A stretch of DNA of 64,000 nucleotides, taken from positions 5,740,943 to 5,804,942 of the forward strand of contig NW_003526945.1 in assembly GCF_000181795.1 (NCBI RefSeq), in the 5' to 3' direction. Below, in pieces: positions 27,083 to 40,200 of this stretch. The notes below the pieces were generated by a model that did no database searches, had not been told where the DNA came from, and worked only from the letters and a program-made list of their open reading frames with translations. Position 1 is the stretch's first letter. The number at the start of each line of letters is the position of its first letter. The translations under genes were made by a program, and so were the position numbers. Source of the stretch: Trichinella spiralis. Taxonomy: Eukaryota.

Positions 27083-27460
27083 TTACAATAGTCCCAAAAT
27101 TTCGTTCAAGACGCGAGTTTCCAAACTGATGTTGTAAAACCTTTAGTAAGTCTCCAGAAACATTTTCTTCTCTCCTCCATGACCAATTCCATCGTATGCC
27201 TTTCTTACAATGTTGTGAATTTGTTTTATTGCTGTGATCATTTTGAAATCATCGACGGTCCGCTTACAAATCAAATTCACTTCATCACCAATTCGTAAAA
27301 CTTCATAACGATGACGAAGATTGTTATCTTCAACTGACCTGGGCCAAATTGCTTCGATTAGCAAAATGCTTTCAATAATTCCATTTTTAGCCACAACAGA
27401 AAGTATGATATTGTTTGATCTTTTCTTCCGCATCACTTGGAAAAATTCCTCCTTAGAAAG
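27083..27460 (-). pseudogene. Decayed fragment of a KRBA2/SCAND3-like integrase-type element (N-terminal zinc-binding region)
   Basis: RYEVLRIGDEVNLICKR...IHNIVRKAYDGIGHGGEKKMF, then an in-frame TAA, then RFYNISLE. No DDE core follows. Confidence 0.65.
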
Positions 27461-29097
27461 AGTTGCACTGTCCGCGTAGGGTGTATTGTAATACCTTGCG
27501 TGATCATGATCAGACAGTCAACTTCGCCCGTAGTAACAGCGTGGCAGAGCAATCATACTGGGCACAGTACTTCTTTTTCATCCCATGCAGAGACTTAGCA
27601 TGCAGAGGAAAGTCCTGATACCACCCACAATCGGTTGAGAGATATGTGAGCAACGAAAATTTAGAGTCGTGAGTTGTTCGTAACGACGTCATTGATGAAG
27701 ACGTGTATCAAGTATACCACATTGTGTTGGATATGCGGGATCGGCAGTTTCGGAAGAGTTTCAAACTGAAACTGATGCAATATAATTGTTGATGATTTAT
27801 AACAGACGTATGAAACGCATTGATATTTTTGTTATCTGTCATCAATTTCATCATAGGCGTAAACTAACAGAAACCGTGGAGTCCATGGCTGGCAATGATT
27901 TCAGCGGTCTATCCGTCCGTTTTAAGCTGATAACCAGCCATAACAACTGTTGATACTCGGTATGAAAGAAGAAACAGCAAACTTTCTCGAAAGTTTACTT
28001 TAGATGGGTGCAGCCCGCTGTCTACTCATTAATATCGTTTCCAGCTTCTTTCAGTGAGTTCTTCTGGAAGTTTGATTTCCCTTGCCATAGACAATGAAAA
28101 GATCTAGAAAATTAAAAACCAACAAGTGTTAAAATAAAAATCTGAAATGAATGAATGAATAAATAATAAATGAAAACATTACCAACATTTATCCCAATAA
28201 AACAGCACTTGTTAACGCTGATAAATGAGATTTCAGTTGCTTGCCAGGTTTCAAAATTGAATCAGACATGAAGCTCCAACATCAAACGACTCTAATGTTA
28301 ATTGATGTTGGAATACAATTTTTTCTGAGAAAGGAAAATTTATGAACTTCGATCTCGTCTTCGGTGAAATCAAACTGATTCCTCACATTTCTTCGTACTG
28401 TAGATCTATAAACAAAATACAAACAATAATAATAAATCTCTAAAATCAAAAATTGAAACTAAACTGCTATAAGAAAATTTTCCACTGTAAAATTTACAAG
28501 AAAAAATAGAAAATTATCTTACTTTGCGAATACAAGTTGAAAGAAATGGAAATATTAAATATAATTCCATATCTCAAATTCTTGCTTCATGTTCATATCT
28601 GCGCCGATTTGTGTATGCCCAGCATTTGATCAAAATCAATTATTTTCCAATCAGTAGTTTTGACATGACGTCATTCTGAATTCTGATCACAACCTCCAAC
28701 AAACGGATGAGCTTTGAGACTGCAAGCTATGATGCTCCTTTCGTCTTCACCGCTATTTCAACTTTTTCGTCGTCTTTATTCCAATTCGGCTACGATGTTA
28801 TCTTTGTAGAACCCACTTTCACTTCATTTCATGGATGCTACCAAAATTACAACTCGTCTTCTACGTTCTGTCGTTCATGCAATTCCATGATGCTTCCAAA
28901 TTCATAAAATGCACGCATACTCTGTTGTGCTGGACAGAGAGAAATAGATGTGATTCAACTTTTCTTTCAACAGATCTTTCTCATTAGTTTCTCCATGTTA
29001 ACAGACATTTCAGATCGGTTCACATCTCGTGAAGTAACAAATCTTTGAGAGAAATTATCCAACGCCGATAGGATTATCATCTACCAATGTGATATTG

Positions 29098-29883
29098 TGT
29101 AAGGGATTTTTCGTCACAGCAGGCAGATCAGACACCGCCTTGTTGTTCACCGTTCGAGTTGACCATACAGACGCCTACTCTTCTTGAGGAAGACATAAGG
29201 TGTGAATAATTTATAAAACAAACACCAAACAATCTTTTCAAATGTTTATCACATCGTGCTGCTAACAACCACAACAAAAAATCACAGCACGATCGATCGC
29301 TCACCAAAACTGCACACCACCAATCACTGCCACGTGTCTGCCCACTACCATACTCTGCCACTGATCGCCAGGTCCAAATGTGTCTACTACGGTAGCCGAG
29401 TTCTACGGGGTCGTGGTTCACGATCAGCTCGATCTTACATGATCTTCCTCCGCTGACTCTGGAATATAACATGCATCATCAGCTTGCCGGGACTGTTACC
29501 ATTGTATAGCGGACGCGGACCAAGATAACAATTCTATTGCTCCAGAAAATGAAGCGGAAGAAACGTAAAGCTACCGTAAGAAGAATTGGACTTAAAGATC
29601 AGAGGCGGAATACGGTAGAACCGATGTACGTGTATGTGTGGGAGGTGGCGTGTTGTCGAAGAAGTTTGCGGTATAACATCGTCGTCGGTCCTTGCTTTTG
29701 GTTGTCAATAAAAAATATACTCACTGTTTGTTGTTTGACTGTCGCAGTGCAATCAGGAAAGCGCGAGGCAGAAAGAACAGGAAACCCGTCGGTCAATACC
29801 GGCCCGTCGCCAAATAGCGACGAACGCACCAATAACACGATGGAGGAAGCGAATGAGCCTGCTCGAGGGAGCGGCTCGTTACA
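29098..29883. mobile_element. Solo LTR-like element (outer; ~447 bp without its insert)
   Basis: TGTAA...TTACA termini; perfect 4-bp target-site duplication ATTG (29094-29097, 29884-29887); GC-richer than its flanks. Confidence 0.8.
29503..29837 (+). mobile_element. Solo LTR-like element (inner, 335 bp) nested in the outer one
   Basis: TGT...ACA termini; flanks CCAT/CGAT; internal TATAA (~29672) followed by AATAAA (~29707). Confidence 0.65.
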
Positions 29884-30812
29884 ATTGTTTAGCCAGCTCC
29901 TTTTTCATAATTCAGCCAATGATGCGTTCTGAAATTATATTTCCAAAGCTTAATATTGTCAGAAGATAATTTACTAAACAACACCCATTACATAGCAGTG
30001 AGTGCTCTTCTACCAAAAGCTGTAGTTAAGACTAATCTACAGTATCTATTAAAAGTTTCAGGTATCAATGATATAATGATAAGTATCCATGAATAAGTAA
30101 AAAATATTTTTTACTTGAAATTACCACTAACACGCGATTTATTTTCAATTTAATTAACAAAACAAAACTTTGGAACAGCACATTTAATTATATGGGCATT
30201 TTTATTGTAAACAAACCCATTGTTATTGTAGCGTACAGAACGCCTCCATTGCTACTGATGTGCAGGTTCAGTGGACTGTATTGTCGTTCTAGTGGCGGTT
30301 CGATCGGTCGATTAGATCACCGTTCAGGAGAGTATAGGTATAGATAGATATGACAATAATTTGGATACATGAAATGTGCAAAGTTCTTTCTCACTATACC
30401 TAATGTTTTTGAGGAAAAACTTTAATACACAAATATTTCTAAATGATTGAAAATAACTACTTTTATGTTGCCGAAATTTTCCTGCAAAGTATAAATCACC
30501 TATACTGACTATCAGTTAAATTTATAATATATCGATATTGATGAGCTATTATTTTGTGAACCAGTTGCTACTGGTCAGAAAAATAACGATTATATTTGAA
30601 ATGTCTAATTTTATTGATTTAATACAAAAAAGAGAAAATGAAACCATAAAAGTATGAATTATGTATTAAAAGCAGACGTAAAATAATTTAAAGTTTATTT
30701 TAAATTTTGTTTAAAATTTAAAGTTTTATTGTTTAAAGTGTTGCATATACTGCGACGAACACTTGAACTGTTTTAATTAGTTTTCCTATCAGAACAGTAG
30801 CATTCGGATACT

Positions 30813-32270
30813 ATGCGCCAAGGGAAAATTTATAAAGTGACAATTTACTCGGGCATCACGAAAATAGAAATGCCCATCAAATCAAGCACCACCGGCAAGG
30901 AGTTGTTAGCAGCAGCCTTAGCTAAACTCCAACTTCCGAAGTATGACATTTTCGTCTTGGTTGATAAACAACGTCGACCACTGAAAATGAATGTTGCAGT
31001 GAGGAAACAAGTTGCTCGAAATGACCCTACGTTGAAAATGATAACATTGTATCATTCAACAGAGTTGGACGAGACGTTGATGTTGAACGACGCCTTCGTG
31101 GCCATCCAATATGTTGAGGCTATTGAAAATCTAATTTGTGGGAAAATAATTTTATCGTATGAAAATTTAATTCAGTTGATTGCTATTGCTATCCATCAAA
31201 GTTTCCTAGCGCCCAGCGGGTCAAAATGGCGGAACATTCCAAGGATACATTGGCTTAGGAAAAGATTCAGAGTTAGCAGAAAAAAATGGATGAGTGATGT
31301 AAATGAGAAATTTCATGAACATAAATTCAATGACAACATCCAGGCCATGAAATGTTTTTTGGCCCATGCGAAAAATGCGGGCACTTTCAGTAATCAGTTA
31401 CTTTTTATAGCAAGTAATTACGCTCTCATTGGTATGAATAGGAAAGGCATCCACTTTTATATTGAGAACAACTACGAAGCTTACATAAATTGGAGTCAGC
31501 TTATCTCAGTTAAGCAGAATAAGAGAAAGGTAACCGTCAAATATGTTGAGAAACAAAAACTGACGGTCAGAATAATGTTCAAAAGCCGAGGTGATGCTAA
31601 ATCATTTGTCAAGTTCTGTAAAATCATACAAAAAGTGGAACACGTGGATGCCGCCTTTTACTCTTTCAATCCAATAAATGATCAGCTGGAGTCATCGTCG
31701 GCAGAAAGTGAATTGTGGTCAAAATGTAATAATTTATTTCAAGATGTAAACCCATTGAATGGTGAAAAATCATTCTTTAATGAAAAAAATTGTGGAAGTA
31801 ATAAGAAAGCAAGAACAATGAAAAAAACTCATACTGATCTCGAAGAACGCCAAGAAGCGAATAAAACAAAAGAACATTTAAGAATTATACGAGAGGTTAT
31901 TTATCTACAGGATTATTTACTAAGAAGAATTGCATTACTACGAGCCTCTTTCAATAGGCAGAAACACTATGTGAGTCTGAATACGGCATATCAGACATAT
32001 AAAAGCCAATTCAATGAGTTCAAAACTAATGTGATTCCACATTACACGAAGAAGATGAGTAAAGGTAAATATGAATGCAAAAAAGAATATGGAGGTGAAA
32101 TTGAAAGCAATGGAGAAAAACATGATTCCTGAAATAGATTAATAGTAATGCTGCCACTTTTACTTAATATCATAATCTGCTTGATCTGATAAATTATATA
32201 TTTTATAGATTATAATAACAATAAAGAAGAACTGGAAAAAGTACTCAAGATGAAAGAATCCTTCTTATAA
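30813..32270 (+). CDS. Divergent FERM-domain protein
   Basis: 439-aa ORF with F1 (TTGKELLAAALAKLQL..YDIFVL), F2 (IENLICGKI..LIQLIAIAIHQSF) and F3 (LIGMNRKGIHFY..INWSQLISV) patterns. Probable phase-1 intron 32065-32208 to a terminal exon ending TAA 32270; unspliced stop at 32132. Confidence 0.8.
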
Positions 32271-32951
32271 CTGAACTCCATATAGTGATTATAATTTGCA
32301 AAAACTTTCTTTAAAATTTATAATAATTTCAATATTTATTGATTACATGCATAATTGTTCATGTATGCATACTGTTGTTATGTTGTTATGTGTGTGTGTT
32401 TGTATGTTGATTTCATCAATTAAATTTTTGTTGTGAATAATTTCTAATTTTAATAAATGTCATTAATAAAATGAAAATTCACATACCTTTAACTGACACA
32501 TTTATGAAAAACACATTTTCTAATGCGCCGCGATTTTCGATAAACACAGAATTAGTTTTACTGAACTTACTGGTGGATAGGTATAAAGATGCAAATAAAT
32601 ACCAAGCATAAGCCGATTAATTTGATATAAAATATGAATTGATTTAATTTCTTGCATTTTTAATAAATTGTTACCGCCGGCTACTACATTTGATACAATG
32701 CCGCATTAATTAAGCATGAATTGTCATTTCAATTACTTTGATGCTTAATTGAAAATAAATTTCAATTTACTATGTTGTATTTAATTTTAATGTTATATAT
32801 TATTATATCAACCGTCCATTTCTAAAACCACGTTAATCTATTAAATCAAAAAAATGAAATAAAGACTTGCTTGATATCACAGAAAAACTTGATATATTAG
32901 CAATTTAAACGGGCGTCATTTATGCTATGAAATAATAGTTTTCTTTTGATA

Positions 32952-33609
32952 TGGAGTCGAACATGGTTAAGTGCACATATCCTTTAAGTGCACAAAACTT
33001 TGGCCTAAAAAAATTCCCTGTAGCTAATTATGGGGTACAATAATGGATAAGTGCACATTTGGACAAATGCACAACTTGGTTAAGTGCACCATTTTGCTGA
33101 GGTCCACGGGATTTGCTGCTCGCAATATGCAGTCCTTAAGTGCACAATAGGCACGTCCCCGGCCACCTTACGTTTATCATCAACCATAACAACTACTGAC
33201 ACTCAGCAAATCAGGCTCTTATTGTTCGCTATATCAAAATAAGCACGCGTATCACAGGCAGCGTGAACTAGCCCAAAGTCAAAAGAAGTACTGCTTTCCA
33301 AGGAAGTTACTCACAAGAAAACTATTTCAAATTTGGTGACAATTCAGTCACTTTTTCACGGAAACAGCATAAAGCAGACAAGCACAGACTGAACTGAAGA
33401 TTAGCTAGTAACGCTGGGGTCACAAAATATAATTCAAACCTACTTTTCTGACTATTTTACTTGGAATAAATGGACGCTTTTATGCATTAAACCTATTCGT
33501 GAATGTTAAGTTATGATTCCTTTCAATTGCTCTGCATAATTTCAAACTTTGAGTAAGTGCATGGAGATTCTTGGCAAATTTTATGTGTTCTTAACCAAGT
33601 TCGACTGCA
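32952..33609. mobile_element. Non-autonomous TIR DNA transposon (pogo/Tigger-type MITE)
   Basis: TA|TGGAGTCGAACATGGTTAAGTGCACA ... TGTGTTCTTAACCAAGTTCGACTGCA|TA; repeated TAAGTGCAC motifs; no ORF. Confidence 0.8.
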
Positions 33610-35925
33610 TAAATACTTTGACATGAAAAACAGTATAACATTTTAGAATTTTGATGCCAATTTTACTAAGCATTCGTCGCAAACTAATAATAAAATTATC
33701 ATTTTATTAAGACTATTATAGAAAATAGAATAGCTTTCTTTAGTGATCATGAAGTTCAAGTCATTGTGGAGCGGAATAATAAAATAAAAGAATCTTACCT
33801 GGCGCTCTTGTTAGTTCTGCACGTCCGTCAGATGAGCTGAAGCACTGTTACTGATAAGAGTATTTTCAGAAAAGGTGGATTTGTACAACAAACAAACAAA
33901 CAATTTAATCAACGTAGCCTAACAACCCTAAACCACAACACTGAATTACTTTTCTTTCTGAAAACTGAATTCCACGCCCATCTCAACAATGTATCTCAAT
34001 CTCATCTTACGTATGTATCTCATTAATAATAGACTGCTGTAATTTTAGAACAACTGAAAGAAATTCCTGACGAACCGCTCGTAAACTTACATCTAAAATT
34101 ATACCTGAATAAATTACACACAGAGTTATGTATTATTTATTAATATTACTTATGGAACAATATAAGGAAATATAAAATATATTGAAGTACTAATACGGAA
34201 AAATACGAATGGATTATAAAGTTAATAACTATTCCGCTTTTTGAAGAATTCTCTTCAACCTAACAGAAATGAAACTTCCAAAAGAATAGGCGACTTCGTA
34301 TCACTGGAATCCATTCTCATTTTGTACTCTTTCAAAAAATGTTGAATCATTCTCGAAAAATAAAAATAAAATAAATGAAAAGCAAATTGAGTATGTAAAA
34401 ACATCGAAACGTAAAAGTAACTTGCCTGACTTGTGAAAACATCGAGCTGAAGTCGCCTATCCCCTCAGTAAACAATTGTTTCCAATGAAGCTCACAAAGC
34501 AAACAAAGTTGATGCATTCGCATGGTCGCATGTAAATTTTCATTATGTTAATCTCTACTGATAATTACGAACAACAGCAATCTTCTGGTCGCATTATTGG
34601 TTCAAGCTGATTTAGAATTAATGCACATGAAGCATGTATATCAGTTTGCAATCACTTTTTATTATTTAGATTTGCTCTTTGTGAACTTTATTTCAACCTG
34701 CCACAATGAGGAATGCATTTCTGCTGACTTATCCAATTTCTGTACTCTTTTTTTATTGTTTCGCTAATTTAATGCATTTTGATCTGTAACTACGTCATGA
34801 ATGTAATGCAAATCATAATTGTACAACAGATTCTTGATAAGATGCAAATGTATTTCATATTTCAAATTCTTCTGAAAAAAGTTTACTCACTGAAAGTGAC
34901 AAATGTTAGTTTATACATTAATTTGTCAATTTTTAACTATTTACAGGAAACTTTCAAATATAATTGCTATTTACAAAACTGTTGAAAAAATAAAAAAAAT
35001 AAATTATTCTTTAAATAAGTTTACAATTCTGAATTTCAGGTAATGATACTATATACTTATTGTTAAGTCGCTAAAAAGTTTTAAGGAGGCAGTGGGTCAT
35101 TTATACAACATATAAATATATATGTACCCTTATAAAATGCTAGAAATGAAATTACATTTCAAAATGAATAACGGCTATATAAATGCAGTCGTTACTGGGT
35201 GCGTTATACTGATATGCGCTATGCTTGAAAACTTTTATCATTTACATTTTATTATAAATGTATTATGCTAGCCTTCGTGCTTGTGGAGTTTCATGATGAA
35301 CTTGTGCATGTATATATGCGGTAGACACATTATGCGGTTGAAGAAATTTTTATAAACAGAAAAATCACAAATTTTCACAAATGGGTGACTACTGACAACG
35401 AAGTTCACGCTATAATCGAATAATGAGAAGTGCTATAGTAAAAAAATATGTTTGCTTGCGAGAAATGGACATGATATGGGTTTTAAAAAGGGGACAAATT
35501 TTATGATATGAATTAACAGCAACAGTACAATAAAAAAAATCGTAATATATTGTGAACGACCAATATGTACTCCATACCTGAAGTACTGCACATGTTTAAG
35601 CTGTAAATGTCATTTGTCAATGTCGTTTGTTCTTTTTCTATAAATAACTTTCTTTTCTCTGAAAATAAGAATAGAAGTCATTATCATCAGTTGCAATACA
35701 TAAAAGTAAAAGCAAAAAATTAGCGCATTAAAAGTAAGTACTACTGATAAAAATGTTGCCCATTTTAAAGGCAAATTCGGTTGGTTTTATTTTTCTGTGT
35801 AGATTTTCAGAAACTGCTTCATCAATGGTTATTTTTCAGATAACTTATAGAGGCTTTTTAGAGTAGACAGTGTTTACCTTGGAGTGATCAGAGCTCGAAT
35901 GACGCGGTAAGTTTGAAAGCTCTTC

Positions 35926-37280
35926 TCAGCCCTAGGAAATAAATTACTTGTTATAATGTGCCATTTGAAATTTTTTCATCATGCATACTGAACGACCACA
36001 GCGTCTAAATTTGTGTGATTCTCTTTCCTTACTCGATCTGCGCTTCCTGTTTATTTCAAAAAATCCAAACAAATTTATAATGCTGTCAAATAAATGTAAT
36101 ACTAGTCAGTCTTACCTTGTTGTTGACGATCGAACTTTTTTACTTTGGGCTGATTTTGAATCTGATCTTGAATGTGATCTTGAACTTCCTGAAGACTGAC
36201 GCTCTTCCATTCGGTCAATTAATCGCCAATAGAGTTTAAAATTACAGTAATCAACTTGTACATGACAATTAAAAGTTTTTCCGGATTTTAGGCGCTGCAA
36301 AGACATTCTCCCTTATTGAATGCAAATGAAAAACAATACAAGGTTTACATGGAAAGCATTTCTCGCATCGATTATGTATTTATAAACTACCACTGCCTGA
36401 CGCATGTCTGTGTCGACAACCAAGCCAGTAACCTGGCCATATATGCTCATTTTTCGAAGAATAAACTCCTTACTAGTATCTGCAGGCAACTCATTTATCC
36501 AAATCAAATTATTTTGAAGCGTCTTTGCAAATCCAAACTTGTGAAATTGTTAAAAAATTATTAATTTTACAAATTTTATATTAATGAATGGCATTCAAAA
36601 ATAAATAAGTGTGAAAAATACTTTCACTCTATTTCGTCCAATAGTTGGATTAACTTTCAAAGCGGCAATCGCCTTTTCCGCTGATGTAATATCCGCAAAT
36701 TGAATAAAACAAAATGGGCGACCCAAAGACTTGAAATGTGAATGTTTCATTTGTACATCCTAAAATTTATATATTTAAGTCAACTACGAATGAAAAAACG
36801 TTTTTTAAAAATCAAAAAAACTTGCTAAAACATCGCCGAACTGTCTGAAATACTTCAGTAGATGTCGGACAGTGAGGTGCTTGCTCAATTTTCCAATGTA
36901 CAAAGTGCGACAAGCAGTTTTATGATGGTAGTCCCCATCACCAACATAAGGACAATTGTCATTATCTTCAATGTCCATTGACTGCTTTGCTAAGGCGAGC
37001 ATTATAGGCTTACCAAAAAATAAATCATTTCGTGCGTTTCGCACAACTGTCTGCGCAGTCTCTTTACTTAAATTGACAGTTGAAAAGAGATCATCCCCGA
37101 AAATATGTTTCGTGTTTCTTACTTCTCAAAATGCAATATTGCGTAACGATCGGATCGGAAGCCGATCACTTTCACGTCCGTTACTTTGCCAAGCCTTTTG
37201 AATTTGTGATACAATCCGCTCTTGATGCTGAAATCTGATGAATGATTTGGCAAATTTGTAACTATTACTGGAACGCGCAT
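35926..37280 (-). CDS. SPEN/split-ends-like protein, three RRMs plus R/S-rich tail (~320 aa), no SPOC domain seen
   Basis: Exons 37280-37123, 37066-36826, 36759-36622, 36537-36349, 36294-36116, ~36046-35989, 35931-35926. VTNLPNHSSDFSIKSGLYHKFKRLGKVT, LFFGKPI, ACRTLYIGKL, FGFAK..NLIWINEL and VQVDYCN parallel SPEN RRM2-4. Confidence 0.85.
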
Positions 37281-40200
37281 TTTTTTCAATATGAATGATT
37301 GCAATGCTCTGAAATAACAATAATAAATGCTTTCACTATAATAAAAAGCAATTACGGACAGTTTGTGCTGCAGATGTTTAAAATCAACTAGTGAAATTTA
37401 ATCATTTGCAAAGATGAGTCATATCATACATAGAACAATAGAAGAAACGAAAGAAAAAACCAAAAACGCATTATATGCTGAATGCACACCAATACCAAGC
37501 GATGAAATGCTTTCCCTCCACTTTGTACTGCTGCCTTGATGCAGGCCATACTGAATTTAACCAGTCGCCAACGCTTTTAGTGTTTTAAAACCTTGCTTCG
37601 CTACACAGTTGTCCCCTGCAAATGTTATGCCCAGCATACCGTTAGAACGCATATACCGCGAATGTTGAGGGACCACTGTAGCTAGCAGAGACTGGTTGTA
37701 TTGATAGATTTAAGAAGCGAACTAACTTTCATAATATATTCTAACAACTACAGAAACCAACGATCAGTTCGTAGAACATGAATGACAAATTATGAACAGC
37801 TGCAGCGGAAAATGGAATGTGTTTATGAAATAATTTCTTGCTGTAAAAAAATTCATTGTGAAAGAAAATTTAAGAAAAAACAATTAACTCTTTAACGCTT
37901 TCATCAGCAAGAAACACAGGCTTGAGAGACCAAAAGAATCAAACCTTCATCACAACTATAATTATGATCAATAAGTTATGTAAACATTTTTTATAAATAT
38001 TTCGAACAAAATTTCTTGTACGTATTCTGACATTGATTGAAACCGATTTACTACTATACAGACATGCTATAACAAACGACCCTGATGAACAGTGTTGCGC
38101 TTAGCGTTGTTTTCCAGGAACGCACTATGAGCGCATTAAGTGGGGTGCTTATTCTATAAGCGATGAAATGAAAATACTTTTCCTACGGAAAATTCACGTC
38201 AGTTAGTTGCAATTTAGATGTAAATTTCCATTATACACTTACAAAGTTACCTCATTGATAGAAAGTGCATTAAAAAAAGTATTTCTATATTTTCTAACAG
38301 AAAAGAGTAAAAATTATAATAAGCTTTATACAATAGAAAGAAATTTTCTTCATCAGTTGGTAATATTAATATTGACCTCTGAACCAAGTTGTAAAAGTTG
38401 AAAAGCAAATTTTATGTGTAGAAGATGTAAATGAAAAAAAACTGCCGAAAATATTTACCAAAATAGATGATGAATAATAAATAATCTGCAGCAATGTACA
38501 GATGAAGTATTGTATGGAAGTAGAAAATTGAACAAGATAATGGCAAAAATTGGAATATGACCAGCGTTGAGCTTTGCTCACTGTATGACAAAACGGTAAA
38601 TTCAGCAAGTGAACTGAGAAGTGACGATTCAGGATCACAGTTGAAACGAAACTGCAAAAATGGAGAAAGTTGAAGCGCATTTTATACTGGACTAGTGAAA
38701 GTTTATTGGTTCAAAAATGTCTAGCGACTCGTTGATTTGATGAAATTTCAAGTGGCCAATTTTATTGGCACAAACGTAAATAACGCTTCCAGAAAAGAAA
38801 GCATAAAGCAAGCAGCGAAATATATAACTGAACGTAAACAAAAGCCCGTCATCACAAAGAAAAACTGACAATAGCCATGACGAACGGCAGAGAAAATTAT
38901 AGCGGGGCCAGAAAAAGCGGCATATCAAAAAATATCCATTATAAAATGGAAACACGTCGAGTGTTTGGTTCGACAATTCTGCAAGTTGTAAATTATGATG
39001 TGCTGCTTTGCAGAACGAAACGAAAAATAGCGTTACATATTTGCAAAAGCAACGAATGAAAAATAATTCAACAATTTATATGCAAAAACAATTCGAAATC
39101 TATTTTTGCCTTGTGAGAAAGTTGAACAATTAACGCTTCGTTGCATTTTGTGTTTTGTCAAATTTCCAATGACAACTTGAGTTAAAAATCGGCAAATGGA
39201 ATAAATAAAAGATTGGAAAATATTCACCATCTTGCTTATCTTCAAAAGTGATCTGGTGAAAAGCTTGCCGCTAGTATAAGAAAGCAAAGTAATAAAATGG
39301 GTCAGAAAATGAAAAAGAAAAGTAAAATAGAGGGACAGCGCGGCTTTTGTTGATCGCTTGCCAAATAAATCTTCCATTGAAATTGCCCACAAACATGTGC
39401 TACGTACGGGTACACATATGCTGCTGGCACATTTCAACGAAAAGCTGAAACTGTACGTGCTAAAATAAATAAATTATACCGCTTAATAAGAATTCTCGTA
39501 ATATTTATTAAAAAGAAAAAAAAATATTAAAAACAATTAATTATATACAAGCTTTATTTAAAAAATAACTAATAATTATATTATATATATATAATTAAAA
39601 CAAATTGATGTTAATTTTTCACTTTTCACATATTAACATCTTGTTCATTGCACAGATATAGCATGGATAATGTATTAATTTGAGAACATTTGAACAAATG
39701 ACACTTTGTTCGAATATTGTCCATGGTATACAAATCGATAATTTTACATTCAATCATTTTACCTAAGATTTCAATTTAGCTAGCAGTTTTGACGTGATTG
39801 ACAGCAAGCTTGTTGATTGTAGCTGTTCACATTTTTTAGCTTGTCGATGAATACAGGTGGAGCAACAGTTGGTCAGCGCAACTGGGAAAACAACATCGCG
39901 CACTGAAGTGATAGTTTGCGAAGAAATTTGTTTGCCATTTGTGAAAATGAAATTAATTCAATTATGCAGATTTATTTGTATCCTCAGAGGAAATATTCAC
40001 ATTCGGCCGGTGCTTGTTTCAACAAGCCGTTAACGAACGGCACCTATACGCGTTCTGGATGGCAATTATTGCAATATATCGAAAATGACGTGCAATTGAA
40101 CTGATTCCAAGAGGGCAAATAAATTGCTGCGCAGTTTTTGATTTTTGACAAAGTTTGCGAGGTCATCGTCGGATTGATGTTGAACAACAATGCATATTTT

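Noticed and set aside
27800..29090. Minus-strand exon-like segments
   Set aside because: Stops in the frames tried and no recognisable family.
29838..29852. tRNA primer-binding site after the inner LTR
   Set aside because: Does not begin with TGG; better explained as the target-site duplication plus outer LTR sequence.
38082..38135. CTGATGA plus hairpin (snoRNA or hammerhead candidate)
   Set aside because: No properly placed D box or GAAA core; short imperfect stem.
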